Source: an uncultured Micromonosporaceae bacterium (GTDB lineage Bacteria > Actinomycetota > Actinomycetes > Mycobacteriales > Micromonosporaceae). From it: DNA of 64,000 bases. Below are positions 29,930 to 41,155 of the stretch, piece by piece. How positions within the stretch are numbered: position 1 is the first letter of the stretch; each line of letters opens with the position of its first letter. Under the pieces are notes generated by a model. The model was given only the letters and a program-made list of their open reading frames with translations, ran no database searches and was not told the DNA's origin. The translations under genes were made by a program, and so were the position numbers. The DNA lies in assembly GCA_964438855.1 (NCBI GenBank), contig CAYTMR010000001.1:24343-88342 (forward strand), read 5' to 3'.

Positions 29930-31191
29930 CGGGCCGGAGGCGGCATGGACAGCCCGCAGACGATGGTGATGGGCGGCCACATCAGGTCGGACTGGGACCG
30001 CTGGTGGGACAGGCGCTGGTCGTCCTCCCCTGGGCACTGCTCGCGGTGCCGACGGTGATCGCGCTCGCCAACCCGGCGCAGACCACCACCGGTCGGATGA
30101 CCATCCTCGGGCTGGTCGCCGCCACCGCGGCCTGGGTGTTCTTCGGACACACCTGGGCGGACGCGCAGCGCCGCAAGCGGACCGCGCCGATGCTGGTCTA
30201 CTTCCTCGGACTACTGGCCCTGGCCGTGGTCCTGATGACCCGTGACATCGCGTTCCTCTTGTTCGCCATCACCGGTTTCTTCCACGCGTACCAGCTCAAC
30301 CCCTGGCCGTTGGGAGTGGCGGGGGTGCTGGCCACCTCGGTGGCCATCAACACCATGACGATGTGGTCGGAGCTGTCGTCGCCCGGAGGAGTCAGCCTCT
30401 ACCTCGGGGTGGTGCTGATCCAAACCGTGGCGATCGGCTGCGGGAGGGTGCTGGGTGAGAAGATGGCCAAACAGCACGAGCAGCGCCGCCAGATGGTGGC
30501 GAAGCTGGAGGAGGCGCTGGAGGAGAACGCCGGCCTGCACGCCCAGTTGGTCACCCAGGCGCGGGAGGCGGGGGTGCTGGACGAACGGCAACGGATGGCC
30601 AGCGAGATCCACGACACCCTGGCCCAGGGGTTGGCCGGCATCATCACCCAGGTACAGGCGGCGCAGCAGGTGTGGCACCTACCGGATCAGGCCCGGGCCC
30701 ACGTCGACCGGGCGCTCCGGTTGGCCCGGGAGAGCCTGGCGGAGGCCCGCCGCTCCGTCCAGGCGCTGCGCCCGTCCCAGCTGACCGACGCCCAACTACC
30801 CGAGGCGCTGGCTGATCTGGGCCGACAGTGGGCCCAGGACACCGGCATCGACCTGCGGTTCGAGATCACCGGCGACCGGGTGGCGCTCAGCCCAGCGATC
30901 GAGGAGACCCTGTTCCGGGTCGCGCAGGAGGCGCTGACCAACGTCGCCAAGCACGCGGGTGCCCAGCGGGTCGGACTGACCCTGTCGTACCTGCATGATG
31001 TGGTCCTGCTGGATGTACGGGACGACGGCAGCGGTATCCGGGGAGAGCCGGATACCGGCGACGGATTCGGGCTACGGAGCATGCGACAGCGGGTCCGCAG
31101 CGTAGGGGGCGCGATGGAGATCGAGACCGCACCCGGGGAGGGCACCGCCATCAATGTCCGGGTGCCGGCGATCACGGCGGTGCCGGCATGA
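29926..31191 (+). CDS. Sensor histidine kinase (HisKA_3, NarX/DesK type)
   Basis: ERQRMASEIHDTLAQG, QEALTNVAKHA, DDGSG, GFGLRSM; ATGA overlap. Confidence 0.93.
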   Translation: MTGRRRHGQPADDGDGRPHQVGLGPLVGQALVVLPWALLAVPTVIALANPAQTTTGRMTILGLVAATAAWVFFGHTWADAQRRKRTAPMLVYFLGLLALAVVLMTRDIAFLLFAITGFFHAYQLNPWPLGVAGVLATSVAINTMTMWSELSSPGGVSLYLGVVLIQTVAIGCGRVLGEKMAKQHEQRRQMVAKLEEALEENAGLHAQLVTQAREAGVLDERQRMASEIHDTLAQGLAGIITQVQAAQQVWHLPDQARAHVDRALRLARESLAEARRSVQALRPSQLTDAQLPEALADLGRQWAQDTGIDLRFEITGDRVALSPAIEETLFRVAQEALTNVAKHAGAQRVGLTLSYLHDVVLLDVRDDGSGIRGEPDTGDGFGLRSMRQRVRSVGGAMEIETAPGEGTAINVRVPAITAVPA

Positions 31192-31808
31192 TCCGGGTGT
31201 TGATCGCTGACGATCACCCGATCGTCCGGAACGGCCTACGGGGAGCGTTCGCCGAAGTACCGGACATCCAGGTGGTGGGCGAGGCCGCCAACGGCCGGGA
31301 AGCGGTGACCCGGGCGGTGGCGCAGCAGGCCGATGTGGTGCTGATGGACCTGCGGATGCCGGAGATGGACGGGGTCGCCGCCATCGCCGCGCTGTGGAAG
31401 CAGGCACCGCGGATCCGGGCGCTGGTGCTCACCACCTTCGACAGTGAGGCCGACGTGCTGCCGGCGGTGGCGGCCGGCGCCGCCGGCTATCTACTCAAAG
31501 ACGCCCACCCGGAGGAGCTGATCCGGGCGGTGCGGGCCGCCCACCGGGGCGAGGCGGTGCTGGCGCCGTCCGCGGCGGGGCAGCTGATGGGCCGGGTCCG
31601 CAACCCGGCTGGACCGGCGCTGAGCAAGCGCGAACTGGAGGTGCTGCAACTGGTCGCCGACGGTGCCTCCAACCGGGAAGCGGCACGGCAGCTGTTCATC
31701 AGCGAGGCGAGCGTCAAGACCCACCTGCAGCACATCTTCGACAAGCTCGAGGTCCGGGACCGGGCCGCGGCCGTGGCCGAGGGCTACCGCCGCGGCCTGC
31801 TGCGCTGA
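31188..31808 (+). CDS. NarL/LuxR response regulator
   Basis: IADDH, DVVLMDLRMP, LSKRELEVL HTH. Confidence 0.95.
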   Translation: MIRVLIADDHPIVRNGLRGAFAEVPDIQVVGEAANGREAVTRAVAQQADVVLMDLRMPEMDGVAAIAALWKQAPRIRALVLTTFDSEADVLPAVAAGAAGYLLKDAHPEELIRAVRAAHRGEAVLAPSAAGQLMGRVRNPAGPALSKRELEVLQLVADGASNREAARQLFISEASVKTHLQHIFDKLEVRDRAAAVAEGYRRGLLR

Positions 31809-32186
31809 TCAGCCACCGGCATCAGGTCCCCCGCTCGCTCCCCGGCGGCTGCGGGATCCGCTCGGGTCATCGACCGGCCCACGACTGTGGCGGTGTCATT
31901 CGTGACCGCGCACCCGGCACAATATCCACTCTAGACAGACGTGCGATAGTAACCGGCGGGTACGGGCGTGACGCGGAAACCGACGCCGGCCCCGGCTTCT
32001 ACGCACTCGCCACGGACCTGGGGCTCCTCCCCCAGGGGGCGACCACCGACCATCCGGTGACGTGCAGATCACGTCGGTTCCGTCGATGGTGGCCTGACCC
32101 AACGGAAGCACCGGAAACTGCCGGCTGAGCAGCCTGGCCGCAACCCCCGGGCGGCCTCGGGTGCACGGCACGGCCATACTGCCGGC

Positions 32187-34409
32187 ATGGGGACGACCGC
32201 TGACGCCCGCCCACGAGGGGTGACGCTGGAAGCGACCCTGGAACGGATCACCTACGTCAACGAGGAGACCGGCTACACCGTGGCCCGGGTGGCCACCGAC
32301 CGCTCCGACAAAGACCTGGTGACCGTGGTCGGTTCCCTGCTGGGGGTGCAGCCGGGTGAAAGCCTGCGGCTGGTCGGACGGTGGCGCAGCCACCCCCAGT
32401 ACGGCCGCCAGTTCGAGGTGTTCTCGTTCACCACCGTGCTGCCGGCCACCATCGCCGGCATCGAACGCTACCTGGGCTCCGGGCTGATCCGCGGGATCGG
32501 GCCGAAGACCGCCGCCCGGATCGTGGAAACCTTCGGGGTCGACACCCTGCGGGTGATCGAGGAGGAGCCGGAGCGGCTCACCGAGGTGTACGGGCTGGGG
32601 CGCAAACGCACCGCCGCGATCACCGCGGCCTGGCAGGAGCAGAAAGCCATCAAGGAGGTGATGCTGTTCCTGCAGGGGGTGGGGGTGTCCACCTCGCTGG
32701 CGGTGCGGATCTACAAGCAGTACGGGGACGCCTCCATCTCGGTGGTGCGCAACGAGCCGTACCGGTTGGCGGCCGACGTGTGGGGCATCGGGTTCCGCAC
32801 CGCGGACACGATCGCCCGCGCGGTCGGTATCCCGGCCGACAGCCCGCAGCGGGTCCGGGCCGGCATCCGCTACACCCTGTCGGAGGCGGCGGAGCAGGGC
32901 CACTGCTACCTGCCGGAACCGAATCTGATCACCGACGCGGCGGAGATCCTGGAGGTGCCGCCGGAGCTGGTGCGCACCTGCCTGGCCGACCTGGCCGAGG
33001 ACGACGGGGTGGTCCGGGAGGAGGTGCCGAACCCGAGCCGGGAAGGCGGCACCATCCCGGCGGTGTATCTGGTGCCGTTCTATCGGGCGGAGCGCTCCCT
33101 CGCCAGCAACCTGCTGCGGCTGCTGCACGCCCGGACCGACCGGTTGGCGGCCTTCGCGGAGGTCGACTGGGCGCGGGCGCTGGCGTGGCTGCGGGAACGG
33201 ACCGGCGCGCAGCTGGCCCCGGAGCAGGAGCGGGCGGTCCGGCTGGCGCTCACCTCCAAGGTGGCGATCCTCACCGGTGGCCCCGGGTGCGGCAAGTCGT
33301 TCACCGTACGGTCGATTGTGGAGCTCGCCACCGCCAAGCGGGCGAAGGTGGTGCTGGCCGCCCCCACCGGACGGGCGGCCAAGCGGCTGACCGAGCTGAC
33401 CGGGCACCCCGCCGCCACCGTGCACCGGTTGCTGCAACTGCGCCCCGGCGGGGACCCCAGCTACGACCAGGACAACCCGATCGACGCGGATCTGATCGTG
33501 GTCGACGAAGCCTCCATGCTGGACCTGATCCTGGCCAACAAACTGGTCAAGGCGGTGGCCAGCGGGGCGCACCTGCTGCTGGTCGGGGATGTCCACCAGC
33601 TGCCGTCGGTCGGGGCCGGGGAGGTGCTGCGGGACCTGCTGGCCACCGACACCATCCCCAGTGTCCGGTTGACCACCATCTTCCGGCAGGCGCAGCAGTC
33701 CGGGGTGGTGGTCAACGCGCACCGGATCAACGCCGGCCAGACCCCGGTGTTCCAGGAATACCCGGACTTCTTTCTGTTTCCGTCCGACGATCCGGAGGTC
33801 ACCGCCGCGCAGGTGGTGGACATCGTGGCCCGCCGGATTCCCCGCCGGTTCGGCCTGCATCCCCGCGACATCCAGGTGCTCACCCCCATGCACCGGGGGC
33901 CGGCCGGCGCCGGCAACCTCAACCAGCTGCTGCAGGAGGCGTTGGCGCCGGCCCGGGACGGGGTGGCGGAGCGGCGCCACGGGGCGCGGGTGTTCCGAGT
34001 CGGCGACAAGGTGATCCAGATCCGCAACAACTACGACAAGGGTGCGGCCGGGGTGTTCAACGGCACCGTGGGGGTGGTCACCGACCTGCGGTTGGAGGAC
34101 CAGACCCTGACCGTCCGCACCGATGAAGACGAAGACATCCAGTACGACTTCGACGAGCTGGACGAGCTGCAGCACGCGTACGCGATCACCGTCCACCGCT
34201 CGCAAGGCAGCGAATACCCGGCGGTGGTCGTGCCGCTCACCATGAGCGCGTACCCGATGCTGCAGCGCAACCTGCTCTACACCGCGGTGACCCGCGCCAA
34301 GCAGCTGGTGGTGTTGGCCGGTTCCCGGAAGGCGATCGCGTTGGCGGTGCGGGCGGCCGGCACCGGTCGCCGCCACACCGCCCTCCCCCACCGGCTGGCG
34401 TCGCTCTGA
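32187..34409 (+). CDS. recD2: ATP-dependent RecD-like DNA helicase (RecD2)
   Basis: HPQYGRQF, HhH GIGPKTA, TGGPGCGKS, VDEASM, YAITVHRSQGSE, YTAVTRAK. Confidence 0.95.
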   Translation: MGTTADARPRGVTLEATLERITYVNEETGYTVARVATDRSDKDLVTVVGSLLGVQPGESLRLVGRWRSHPQYGRQFEVFSFTTVLPATIAGIERYLGSGLIRGIGPKTAARIVETFGVDTLRVIEEEPERLTEVYGLGRKRTAAITAAWQEQKAIKEVMLFLQGVGVSTSLAVRIYKQYGDASISVVRNEPYRLAADVWGIGFRTADTIARAVGIPADSPQRVRAGIRYTLSEAAEQGHCYLPEPNLITDAAEILEVPPELVRTCLADLAEDDGVVREEVPNPSREGGTIPAVYLVPFYRAERSLASNLLRLLHARTDRLAAFAEVDWARALAWLRERTGAQLAPEQERAVRLALTSKVAILTGGPGCGKSFTVRSIVELATAKRAKVVLAAPTGRAAKRLTELTGHPAATVHRLLQLRPGGDPSYDQDNPIDADLIVVDEASMLDLILANKLVKAVASGAHLLLVGDVHQLPSVGAGEVLRDLLATDTIPSVRLTTIFRQAQQSGVVVNAHRINAGQTPVFQEYPDFFLFPSDDPEVTAAQVVDIVARRIPRRFGLHPRDIQVLTPMHRGPAGAGNLNQLLQEALAPARDGVAERRHGARVFRVGDKVIQIRNNYDKGAAGVFNGTVGVVTDLRLEDQTLTVRTDEDEDIQYDFDELDELQHAYAITVHRSQGSEYPAVVVPLTMSAYPMLQRNLLYTAVTRAKQLVVLAGSRKAIALAVRAAGTGRRHTALPHRLASL

Positions 34410-34441
34410 CCGGACCGCCCCCGCGGTGGCACCATGGCAGT

Positions 34442-35074
34442 GTGGATCATGAGAATCGCTGGCTGCAGCTCACCAGCAAAAACCCCGGCCACTCCCAGTG
34501 GTACATCGACCGGTTCCGGACAATGGCCGCATCCGGGGTCGATCTGGTCGGGGAGGCGCGGCTGGTGGACGCCATGGTCGGCCGCGGATCCCGGATCCTC
34601 GACGCCGGCTGCGGCACCGGCCGGGTCGGGGGCTATCTGGCGTCGGTCGGGCACCAGGTGGTCGGGGTCGACCTCGACCCGGTGCTGATCGACGCCGCGC
34701 GCCAGGATCACCCCGGCCCGCAGTGGCTGGTCGGGGACCTGGCGGAGCTGGATCTGCCCGCGCAGGGCATCACCGAAGGGTTCGACGTGGTGGTCTGCGC
34801 CGGCAACGTGATGACGTTCCTGGCGCCGCGTACCCGGCGGGAGGTGCTGCGCCGGTTCCGCACCCATCTGCGGGACGGCGGGCGGGTGGTCGTCGGGTTC
34901 GGCGCCGGGCGGGACTACGAGTTCTCCGACTTCCTCACCGACGCTAAGGCCGTCGGCCTGACCCCGGACCTGCTGCTGTCGACCTGGGATCTGCGCCCGT
35001 TCACCGACGACTCCGACTTTCTCGTGGCGGTGCTGAGCCCCGCGGACACCCCGCCGCCGGCCTCCTCCGCTTGA
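34442..35074 (+). CDS. Class I SAM-dependent methyltransferase
   Basis: ILDAGCGTG, GVDLD. Confidence 0.9.
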   Translation: MDHENRWLQLTSKNPGHSQWYIDRFRTMAASGVDLVGEARLVDAMVGRGSRILDAGCGTGRVGGYLASVGHQVVGVDLDPVLIDAARQDHPGPQWLVGDLAELDLPAQGITEGFDVVVCAGNVMTFLAPRTRREVLRRFRTHLRDGGRVVVGFGAGRDYEFSDFLTDAKAVGLTPDLLLSTWDLRPFTDDSDFLVAVLSPADTPPPASSA

Positions 35075-35094
35075 CTCGGCGGATACGCCCGTCG

Positions 35095-36057
35095 CTACCG
35101 CTGCGGGCCGGCGGTGTCCGCCAGCGACGCCACCAGCGCCACCACCTCCTCGGCGCAGCCGTAGGAGAGGGTCACCCCGGCCCCGCCATGCCCGTAGCAG
35201 TGCACCACCGGGCGGTCGGCGGTAGCGTCCCGCTCCAGTCGCACCGTGGGGCGGGCCGGTCGCAACCCCACCCGGTGGGCGAGCACCCGGGCGTCCGCGG
35301 CGGCCGGCACCAGCGCGGCGCACCGTCGCCGGATCTCCTCCGCCACCTCCGGGCGGGGAGTCAGATCCTCCGCCCCTTCCTCGGCGGTGCCGCCGAGGAT
35401 CACCGTCTCCTCGCGCGGGATGACATAGGTCGGGCGCGCCTCGTCGCTGTCGTCCAGCACCCACTCGGTCAGCCCGAACTGTTCCACCACCAGCACCTGC
35501 CCCCGGACTGGAGTCAGCTGCCCGTCCCCCACCAGCTCACGGGCCCCCAGCCCGGTGCAGTTGACCACCACGTCGGCCGGATCGGCGTCGGCGAGCGTGT
35601 CCAGCCGACGCAGGGTGAGCGGCACCCCCAGGTCGACCAGGCGCTGCCGCAGCCAGGGCAGGTGCCGGGACATGTCCACCACCGGCACCCGCATCCGCCA
35701 CCCGTCCCGGTAGCCCGCCGGCAGGTCGTCGCCGTCGAGCCGGGTGAACTCCGGCACCGCCGACCGCCACCACGGATCGGCGGCGGGAGTGCGCCGCAGC
35801 TCCCGGCCCCAGCGCATCCGCACCCCCGTACCCGGCACGGTCGCCAAGCGGGCCAGGTGGTGGTAGCTGCGCGCCGACCAGCCGGTGACGAGCTGCTCCG
35901 GGAAGGCGCGGTACGGGTACCACACCGCCGCCGCCACCGCCGAGGTGGTCTGCTCGGGCGGCTCCGCGGCCACCACCCGTACCTGGTGCCCCGCTTCCGC
36001 CAACCGCATCGCCGAGGTCAGTCCGATGACCCCGGCCCCCACCACCGTCACCCGCAT
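35095..36057 (-). CDS. D-amino acid oxidase (FAD-dependent)
   Basis: [39 protein letters not shown]. Confidence 0.92.
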   Translation of the reverse strand: MRVTVVGAGVIGLTSAMRLAEAGHQVRVVAAEPPEQTTSAVAAAVWYPYRAFPEQLVTGWSARSYHHLARLATVPGTGVRMRWGRELRRTPAADPWWRSAVPEFTRLDGDDLPAGYRDGWRMRVPVVDMSRHLPWLRQRLVDLGVPLTLRRLDTLADADPADVVVNCTGLGARELVGDGQLTPVRGQVLVVEQFGLTEWVLDDSDEARPTYVIPREETVILGGTAEEGAEDLTPRPEVAEEIRRRCAALVPAAADARVLAHRVGLRPARPTVRLERDATADRPVVHCYGHGGAGVTLSYGCAEEVVALVASLADTAGPQR

Positions 36058-36196
36058 ACCCGGATTATCCTCAGCCCTCCGCCAGCGGCTCCCGTTCCGC
36101 AGCGGGAATCCCATCGGAAGGAACCGCGCAGCGATGGCCCCGGAGGGACCGGAAATCCGTTTGCCGCCACCCCCGCGGACCACTAAGCAGGGGAGC

Positions 36197-36856
36197 ATGA
36201 GTGCCCGTCCCACCGACATCCCCGACCCCGACCAGCTCCACCCCACCACCCGGGCCGACCTCACCAACGTGGTCTTCCTCAAGAACGAGGTCACCTCCCC
36301 ACTGATCGAGGTGGGGGACTACACCTACTACGACAACGAAGGGACCCGGCCGCCGTTCGAGCAGGCGAACATCAAGTACCTGTACGGGCCGCAACGGCTG
36401 GTGATCGGTCACTTCACCACCATCGGACCGGGCGTCACCTTCCTCATGCCCGGCGGCAACCATCCGATGGTCGGGCCGTCGACCTACCCGTTCACGATGT
36501 TCGGGGGTGCGTGGACCGCGAACACCCTGGACACCTACCTGGCGATCCCCCAGCCGGGAGACACCGTGGTCGGCAATGACGTGTGGATCGGCCGAGAGGC
36601 CACCATCCTGCCCGGGGTGACCATCGGCGACGGTGCGGTGATCGGCGCCCACAGCGTGGTGACCAAGGACGTACGACCGTACGAGATTGTCGCGGGGAAC
36701 CCGGCCCGCCACATCCGGTTACGGTTCGCCGAGTCCGACATCGCACGGCTTCTCGCCGTCCGCTGGTGGGACTGGCCGATCGAGAAGATCACCACGCATG
36801 CGGCGACCATCATGGCCGGCACGCCGGAGGAGCTGGAGCGGCTCGCCGCTTCCTGA
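36197..36856 (+). CDS. CatB/Vat-type xenobiotic O-acetyltransferase (hexapeptide repeat)
   Basis: [39 protein letters not shown]. Confidence 0.9.
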   Translation: MSARPTDIPDPDQLHPTTRADLTNVVFLKNEVTSPLIEVGDYTYYDNEGTRPPFEQANIKYLYGPQRLVIGHFTTIGPGVTFLMPGGNHPMVGPSTYPFTMFGGAWTANTLDTYLAIPQPGDTVVGNDVWIGREATILPGVTIGDGAVIGAHSVVTKDVRPYEIVAGNPARHIRLRFAESDIARLLAVRWWDWPIEKITTHAATIMAGTPEELERLAAS

Positions 36857-37099
36857 CCGGAGGTATCAACCCGGTGCCGGACAGCCCTGCCATGGGCACA
36901 TCATTGACGCCGGGTTACGCCGCTCACACGGCCGCCTCAGGCTAGGCGTTCCCGGACCGAGGTCAGGGGGATCCACTCCACCCGGGCAGCCGCTACCGCC
37001 GCGTGTCGCCCACTACCCGTTCACTGTGGATGCGCCACCCGGGTAGCGTCGCGGATCTCCTCATCAGCCACGCGGCGAGCCTACCCGTACGGTGACCGG

Positions 37100-40000
37100 T
37101 CAGGCCCGCGGTTGCCGCGGCGGCAATGAGGGACGACCCAGCTTCGGCCGCTCCGCCGGATTGGGGCGGTGGGCCGGCCGCTGCGCCAGCGACTCCAGCG
37201 CGCACTCGATCGCCCGCTCCAGCTGCGGGTCCCGGCCGGCGGCGTAGTCGTGCGGCGCATTGTCCACTTCGATGTCGGGCTCGGTGCCGTAGTTCTCCAC
37301 CCGCCAGCCGACATCATCGAAGCTGAACGAATACTCCGGCTGGGTAGTGATCGTCCCGTCCGCCAGCCGGTGCCGCGGCCAGATCCCGATCACCCCGCCC
37401 CAGGTCCGCTTGCCGACCAGCGGGCCGAGCTTCAACTGTTTGAAGGCGTGGCTGAAGATGTCGCCGTCGGAGCCGGCATGCCCGTCGGTCAGCGCCACCA
37501 GGTGCCCCCGAGGTGCTTCCTTCAGGTAGGGCGTCGGGACCCCCCAACGGGAATACTGGTACCCCAGCCGCCGCCGGGCCAGTTTCTGCAGCAGCAGCCC
37601 GGAGACGTGGCCGCCGCCGTTGCGGCGGACGTCCACGATCAACGCCTCCCGGTCGTACTCGGTGAGGAAACCACGGTGGAATTCGGCGTACCCGGCCCGC
37701 CCCATGTCCGGGATGTGCAGGTACCCGACCCGGCCGCCGGTGCGCTCGTGCACGAACCGGCGGTTGCGCTCGACCCACTCCCGGTAGTGGATCGGCTGCT
37801 CGTCGGCCAACGCCCGGACCGTGACCGTCCGCAGCGCGTCACCGCGTCGGATGGTCAGCTGTACCTCCGCTTCGGCCTGGTTGACCAGCAGCTCGCCGGG
37901 GGTGACGGTGGCGGACAGTGGCGTGCCGTTGATCGCCACCAGTTCGTCGCCGGGCTGCACGTTGACCCCGGGCCGGTTCAGCGGAGAGGTGTGGTCCGGC
38001 GACCACGGATCGCCCTCGAGCACCTTCGCGATCCGGTACACCCCGGGCGGGGCGGTGAGATCCCACTCCACCCCGAGGAAGCCCTGCCGATACTGCGGGC
38101 GGATGCGGTAGGCGCCACCCACCTCGTACGCGTGGGAGGTGCCCAGTTCGCCCTGCAGCTCCCACAGCAGGTCGGAGAACTCCGACCGGGTGCTGACCCG
38201 GTCCACCAGCGGCAGATACCGGTCGTAGACCTCGTCCCAGTCCACCCCGGACATGTCTTCAACCCAGAAGTGTTCCCGCTGCAGCCGCCACGCCTCCCGG
38301 AACATCTGCCGCCATTCGGCGTCCGGGTGCACCGACACCTTCACCCGGTCCAGGTCGATCCAGCCGCTTTCCCGACCCGGTTCGTCGGAGTCGGTGGCTT
38401 TCTGACCGGCGGGGATGACCCGCAGCCGCCGGTCGGTCCGGTAGAGCAGGGTCCGGTGGTCCGGCCCGATCTGGAAGTCGACCAGGCCGGTCGCGATCTG
38501 CTCCTGTTTCCCGGTTTTCAGGTCGTAGCTTTCCAGGGTCGCGTCGGCCAGGGGCGGTTCAAAGGGACTCGGCTCGGGGGCGGCCACCGGGCGGGTGGTG
38601 AACAGCACCTTGTCCCGGGTAGCCGCGATCCGCACGTACCGGTTGTCCGGCAGCGGGAACGGCACCACCCGCCGCTCGATCCCCGCCAGATCGATCTCGA
38701 TCCGCTCCGGGGCCGAGTCGTCCTTCTTCTCCTGGTGCAGCGGCTCGACCTGCGGCACGAACGGCGCGGGCACGTCAGCGCGCAGCGTCACCGCGTACAA
38801 CTGGCTGCTCAAGGGGAAGCCGTAGTCGAACTGGGCCCGGTCCAGGACGGGTTCGAGCCGGCGCTGGCCGATGAAGTAGAGGTAGCGACCGGCCGGGTCC
38901 CACGCCGGGCGGGAGTCCCGCAGCACCGGCCGGGTCACCGGGAAGGTCTCCCCGGTCTCGACCTTCAGCACCTTGATCGCGGTGGTGGAGACCGAGTCGG
39001 CGTAGCGGTAGGCCAGCCACCGGCCGTCCGGGGACCAGGCCAGGTCCGCCACGGCGTAGGTGCGGAACTGGCTGCGGTCCACCGTGGTCACGGTCGGGGT
39101 GTCCCGTAGGTCGACCACGAGCAGTTCTTCCCGGTGGTTGGTCAACGCCACCCGGGGCTCGGTCGGGGAGGCCGCCAGCTCCATCACCCGGCCGGTGTCC
39201 CACGCGGTCAGGTCAGTGGTGGTTCCGTCCTCGGACAGCACCACCAGCCGCTCCCGGTCGGACTCGTCGCTGGCGGCGGCGACCAGCCGGCCGTCGGACA
39301 GCGGGGTGAGCAGCCGGTACCGGACCCCGTCCGGCTGTCCGTACTGGCGTACCGGGCCGGCCCAGTTACCCAACACGTACGCCTTACCGCGGACCGTGAT
39401 CGCCAGCGAGGCCCCGTCGGGGGTCAGGGTGGCGGTGTCCAGGTGCTGGTCGGCGGGGGCGAACTGCCGCCGCCGCTGCGTACGGGAGCTGGCGAGGTGG
39501 ACGTCGATCCGCCGCGGCTGGTCCTCGGCGAGGTCCAGCAGCCACAGCTCCGCCCCGGCCTGGTAGACCAGCCGCCGGCCGTCCGCGCTCAGATTCCGGG
39601 CGTAGTAGTCCTCGTGGTCGGTGTGGCGCCGCAGGTCGGTGCCGTCCGGCAGGCACGAGTAGACGTTGCCGACGCCTTCGTGGTCGGACAGGAAGTAGAT
39701 CCGCTCCCCCACCCACACCGGCGAGGCCAGGTTGCCGTCCAGGGTGATCAGCCGCTGGAAGGTGCCGGAGCCGGTCGGGTCCACCCACAGGTCCCCGACC
39801 CGGCCGCCCCGGTACCGCTTCCACCGCGCCGGGTCGGAGTGGATCCGGCCGATCACCACCCCACCGTCCGGACCGTACGAGATCGCACTGGCCGGGCCGT
39901 ACGGCAGCGGCTCCGGCAGCCCACCCTCCGGGTGGACCCGGTAGAGCCAGCGATCGCCTGGGAACGGGTGGTGCGCGTCGGTGGCGTAGATGACCGACCC

Positions 40001-40297
40001 GTCCCGGGGGTCGAATCCGGCCAGGACCATCCCGCCGCCGGAGAAGGTGAGCCGCCGGGCGGTGCCGCCGGTGACCGGCATGAGGTAGATGTCGGGCGGA
40101 CCGTCCTCTTGGCCGACGAACGCCAGCCACTGCCCGTCCGGGGACAGCCGCGGGCTGCTCGCCTCCGCGACGCCGGCGGTCAGCCGGTAGGCCCGGCCAC
40201 CGGTCGCCGGCACGAGCCAGAGGTCGTCCTCGCAGACGAACACCACGTCGTCACCGTGGATGGTGGGAGTCCGCAGGTATCCACCGCTGTTGGGCAT
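37100..40297 (-). CDS. Tricorn protease (S41 family)
   Basis: Beta-propeller repeats, GELGTSHAY, PDZ, DVRRNGGG, AGSDGDIF, GKRTWGGVIG. Confidence 0.95.
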   Translation of the reverse strand: MPNSGGYLRTPTIHGDDVVFVCEDDLWLVPATGGRAYRLTAGVAEASSPRLSPDGQWLAFVGQEDGPPDIYLMPVTGGTARRLTFSGGGMVLAGFDPRDGSVIYATDAHHPFPGDRWLYRVHPEGGLPEPLPYGPASAISYGPDGGVVIGRIHSDPARWKRYRGGRVGDLWVDPTGSGTFQRLITLDGNLASPVWVGERIYFLSDHEGVGNVYSCLPDGTDLRRHTDHEDYYARNLSADGRRLVYQAGAELWLLDLAEDQPRRIDVHLASSRTQRRRQFAPADQHLDTATLTPDGASLAITVRGKAYVLGNWAGPVRQYGQPDGVRYRLLTPLSDGRLVAAASDESDRERLVVLSEDGTTTDLTAWDTGRVMELAASPTEPRVALTNHREELLVVDLRDTPTVTTVDRSQFRTYAVADLAWSPDGRWLAYRYADSVSTTAIKVLKVETGETFPVTRPVLRDSRPAWDPAGRYLYFIGQRRLEPVLDRAQFDYGFPLSSQLYAVTLRADVPAPFVPQVEPLHQEKKDDSAPERIEIDLAGIERRVVPFPLPDNRYVRIAATRDKVLFTTRPVAAPEPSPFEPPLADATLESYDLKTGKQEQIATGLVDFQIGPDHRTLLYRTDRRLRVIPAGQKATDSDEPGRESGWIDLDRVKVSVHPDAEWRQMFREAWRLQREHFWVEDMSGVDWDEVYDRYLPLVDRVSTRSEFSDLLWELQGELGTSHAYEVGGAYRIRPQYRQGFLGVEWDLTAPPGVYRIAKVLEGDPWSPDHTSPLNRPGVNVQPGDELVAINGTPLSATVTPGELLVNQAEAEVQLTIRRGDALRTVTVRALADEQPIHYREWVERNRRFVHERTGGRVGYLHIPDMGRAGYAEFHRGFLTEYDREALIVDVRRNGGGHVSGLLLQKLARRRLGYQYSRWGVPTPYLKEAPRGHLVALTDGHAGSDGDIFSHAFKQLKLGPLVGKRTWGGVIGIWPRHRLADGTITTQPEYSFSFDDVGWRVENYGTEPDIEVDNAPHDYAAGRDPQLERAIECALESLAQRPAHRPNPAERPKLGRPSLPPRQPRA

Positions 40298-40373
40298 GTC
40301 ACCTCCTGGTCCGGGCTTCCACAGTACTTGATCAACACACCCCGGGATCGCTGCTCTTGCCGGGTTGCCCCGT

Positions 40374-41102
40374 TCACGCCGGGCGTACCGCTTCGAAGAC
40401 CATGACCCGCGCGGTCGGGGTAACCGGCTCCTGCCGCCACCCACCCCACACCGCGGTGACCGTCAGCCCCGCCTGCGCCAGATCCGATTCGATCTGCTCC
40501 CGGCTGCGGAACGCCAGCGTCTGTCGGACCACCAACTGTTCGCCGGTGGCGTCGAACCGGTTGTACGCCTCGAACGTCACCATGCCGTCGTCGGTGACCT
40601 CGGTGACCTGTAGCCACTCGGTCAGCGGCCCGCTAGGAGTGTCCCGTGTGCCGTAGGTGTGCTCACGGGTCCACCGCGTCCACTCCCGTACGGCCGGATT
40701 GCGGCTTTCAAACCCGAGCACTCCGCCGGGGGAGAGTGTGGCCTGGATGTCATGAAGTGTCCGGGGCCAGGCGTCGCCGACGATGTGCTGAGCGACGTTT
40801 CCGCTCATCACCACCAGGTCGGCCTTGATACCGGCGAGGGCGCGGGAATCCCCCTGGATCCAGGTGACCCGGTCGGCGCCGTCACGGCGCCGGGCCCAGT
40901 CCAGCATGCCCGCGTCCGGGTCGATGCCGATCACCCGCCGGCCCGGGCGGGCGAGGGTGACGGTCAGCATACCGGTGCCGCAGCCCAAGTCCACGATGGT
41001 GCGTGCATCGAGCCGGTCGGCGAGGCTCCGGAAGTAGTCGTGATCGGGGCCAGCAGGATTGTCCAGATCGTAGAGCGCCACCAGCCGTGGATCTGTCATC
41101 AT
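40374..41102 (-). CDS. Class I SAM-dependent methyltransferase
   Basis: VDLGCGTG, GIDPD, FESRNP. Confidence 0.9.
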   Translation of the reverse strand: MMTDPRLVALYDLDNPAGPDHDYFRSLADRLDARTIVDLGCGTGMLTVTLARPGRRVIGIDPDAGMLDWARRRDGADRVTWIQGDSRALAGIKADLVVMSGNVAQHIVGDAWPRTLHDIQATLSPGGVLGFESRNPAVREWTRWTREHTYGTRDTPSGPLTEWLQVTEVTDDGMVTFEAYNRFDATGEQLVVRQTLAFRSREQIESDLAQAGLTVTAVWGGWRQEPVTPTARVMVFEAVRPA

Positions 41103-41155
41103 CCGTCGACCCTAATGCGCTACGTGGTCACCGGTCCCGGGATTTTCGGTCGGCG

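Noticed and set aside
31931-31946. Second possible LexA box upstream of recD2 (CTAGACAGACGTGCGA)
   Set aside because: Only one good half-site and about 240 nt from the start codon
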